Of a DNA stretch of 64,000 nt, positions 63,731 through 64,000 are shown one piece after another. This DNA is from Mobula hypostoma (taxonomy: Eukaryota). The stretch is from contig NC_086108.1 in NCBI RefSeq assembly GCF_963921235.1, positions 41,666,001-41,730,000 of the forward strand, given 5' to 3'. Positions within the stretch are counted from its first letter, which is position 1. The number at the start of each line of letters is the position of its first letter. The translations under genes and the position numbers were made by a program. Below the pieces are notes generated by a model. That model did no database searches. It was not told the DNA's origin and worked only from the letters and a program-made list of their open reading frames with translations.

Positions 63731-64000
63731 CAGGTGGTCCTAGAAAGTTAGTGAACCCTGTAGAATTTTATCTATTTCTGTATAAATATGACCTAAAATG
63801 TAACTAGATCTTCATGTAAGTCCTAAAACTAGATAAAGAGAACCCAATTAAATAAATAACACATAAAAGTTTTACTTGTTCAATTATTTACAGAGGAAAA
63901 ATGATCCAATATTGCATGTATTTGTTGGAAAATATATGTGGACCTTTGCTTTCTGTAACTGGTCTGACTCCCTTGTACAACAATAACTTCAACCAAATGC
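63731..64000. mobile_element. Probable terminus of a second, different Tc1-like element running off the window
   Basis: caggtggtcctagaaagttagtgaaccc resembles Tc1 TIR starts. An inner direct-repeat-like motif atatgtggacct lies ~200 bp in. Confidence 0.5.

Overview
Eukaryotic genomic DNA, AT-rich and repeat-dense. The repeat set (Penelope, CR1, Rex1/Babar, RTE, V-SINE-like and CORE-like SINEs) suggests a cartilaginous fish; this is an inference and the species cannot be identified. The only host coding sequence I can support is the terminal exon of the nuclear receptor NR5A2/LRH-1 (+ strand, 39464-39711), followed by an apparently repeat-free 3' UTR of about 2.3 kb. Positions 1-39463 are therefore most likely the last intron, and the sequence after ~42.1 kb is downstream intergenic DNA. 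The rest is decayed mobile DNA: Penelope-like retroelements with GIY-YIG remnants and minimal hammerhead-ribozyme motifs (8 motif copies, 2 with intact cores), a three-level nest of hAT elements each with a perfect 8-bp TSD, an internally deleted Tf1/sushi-type chromovirus with a probable self-priming site, a Tc1 transposon, LINE 3' fragments, SINEs and MITEs. I found no new protein-coding system. The best leads are RNA-structural (hammerheads and fold-back Penelope derivatives inside the NR5A2 intron) and build on known element biology.
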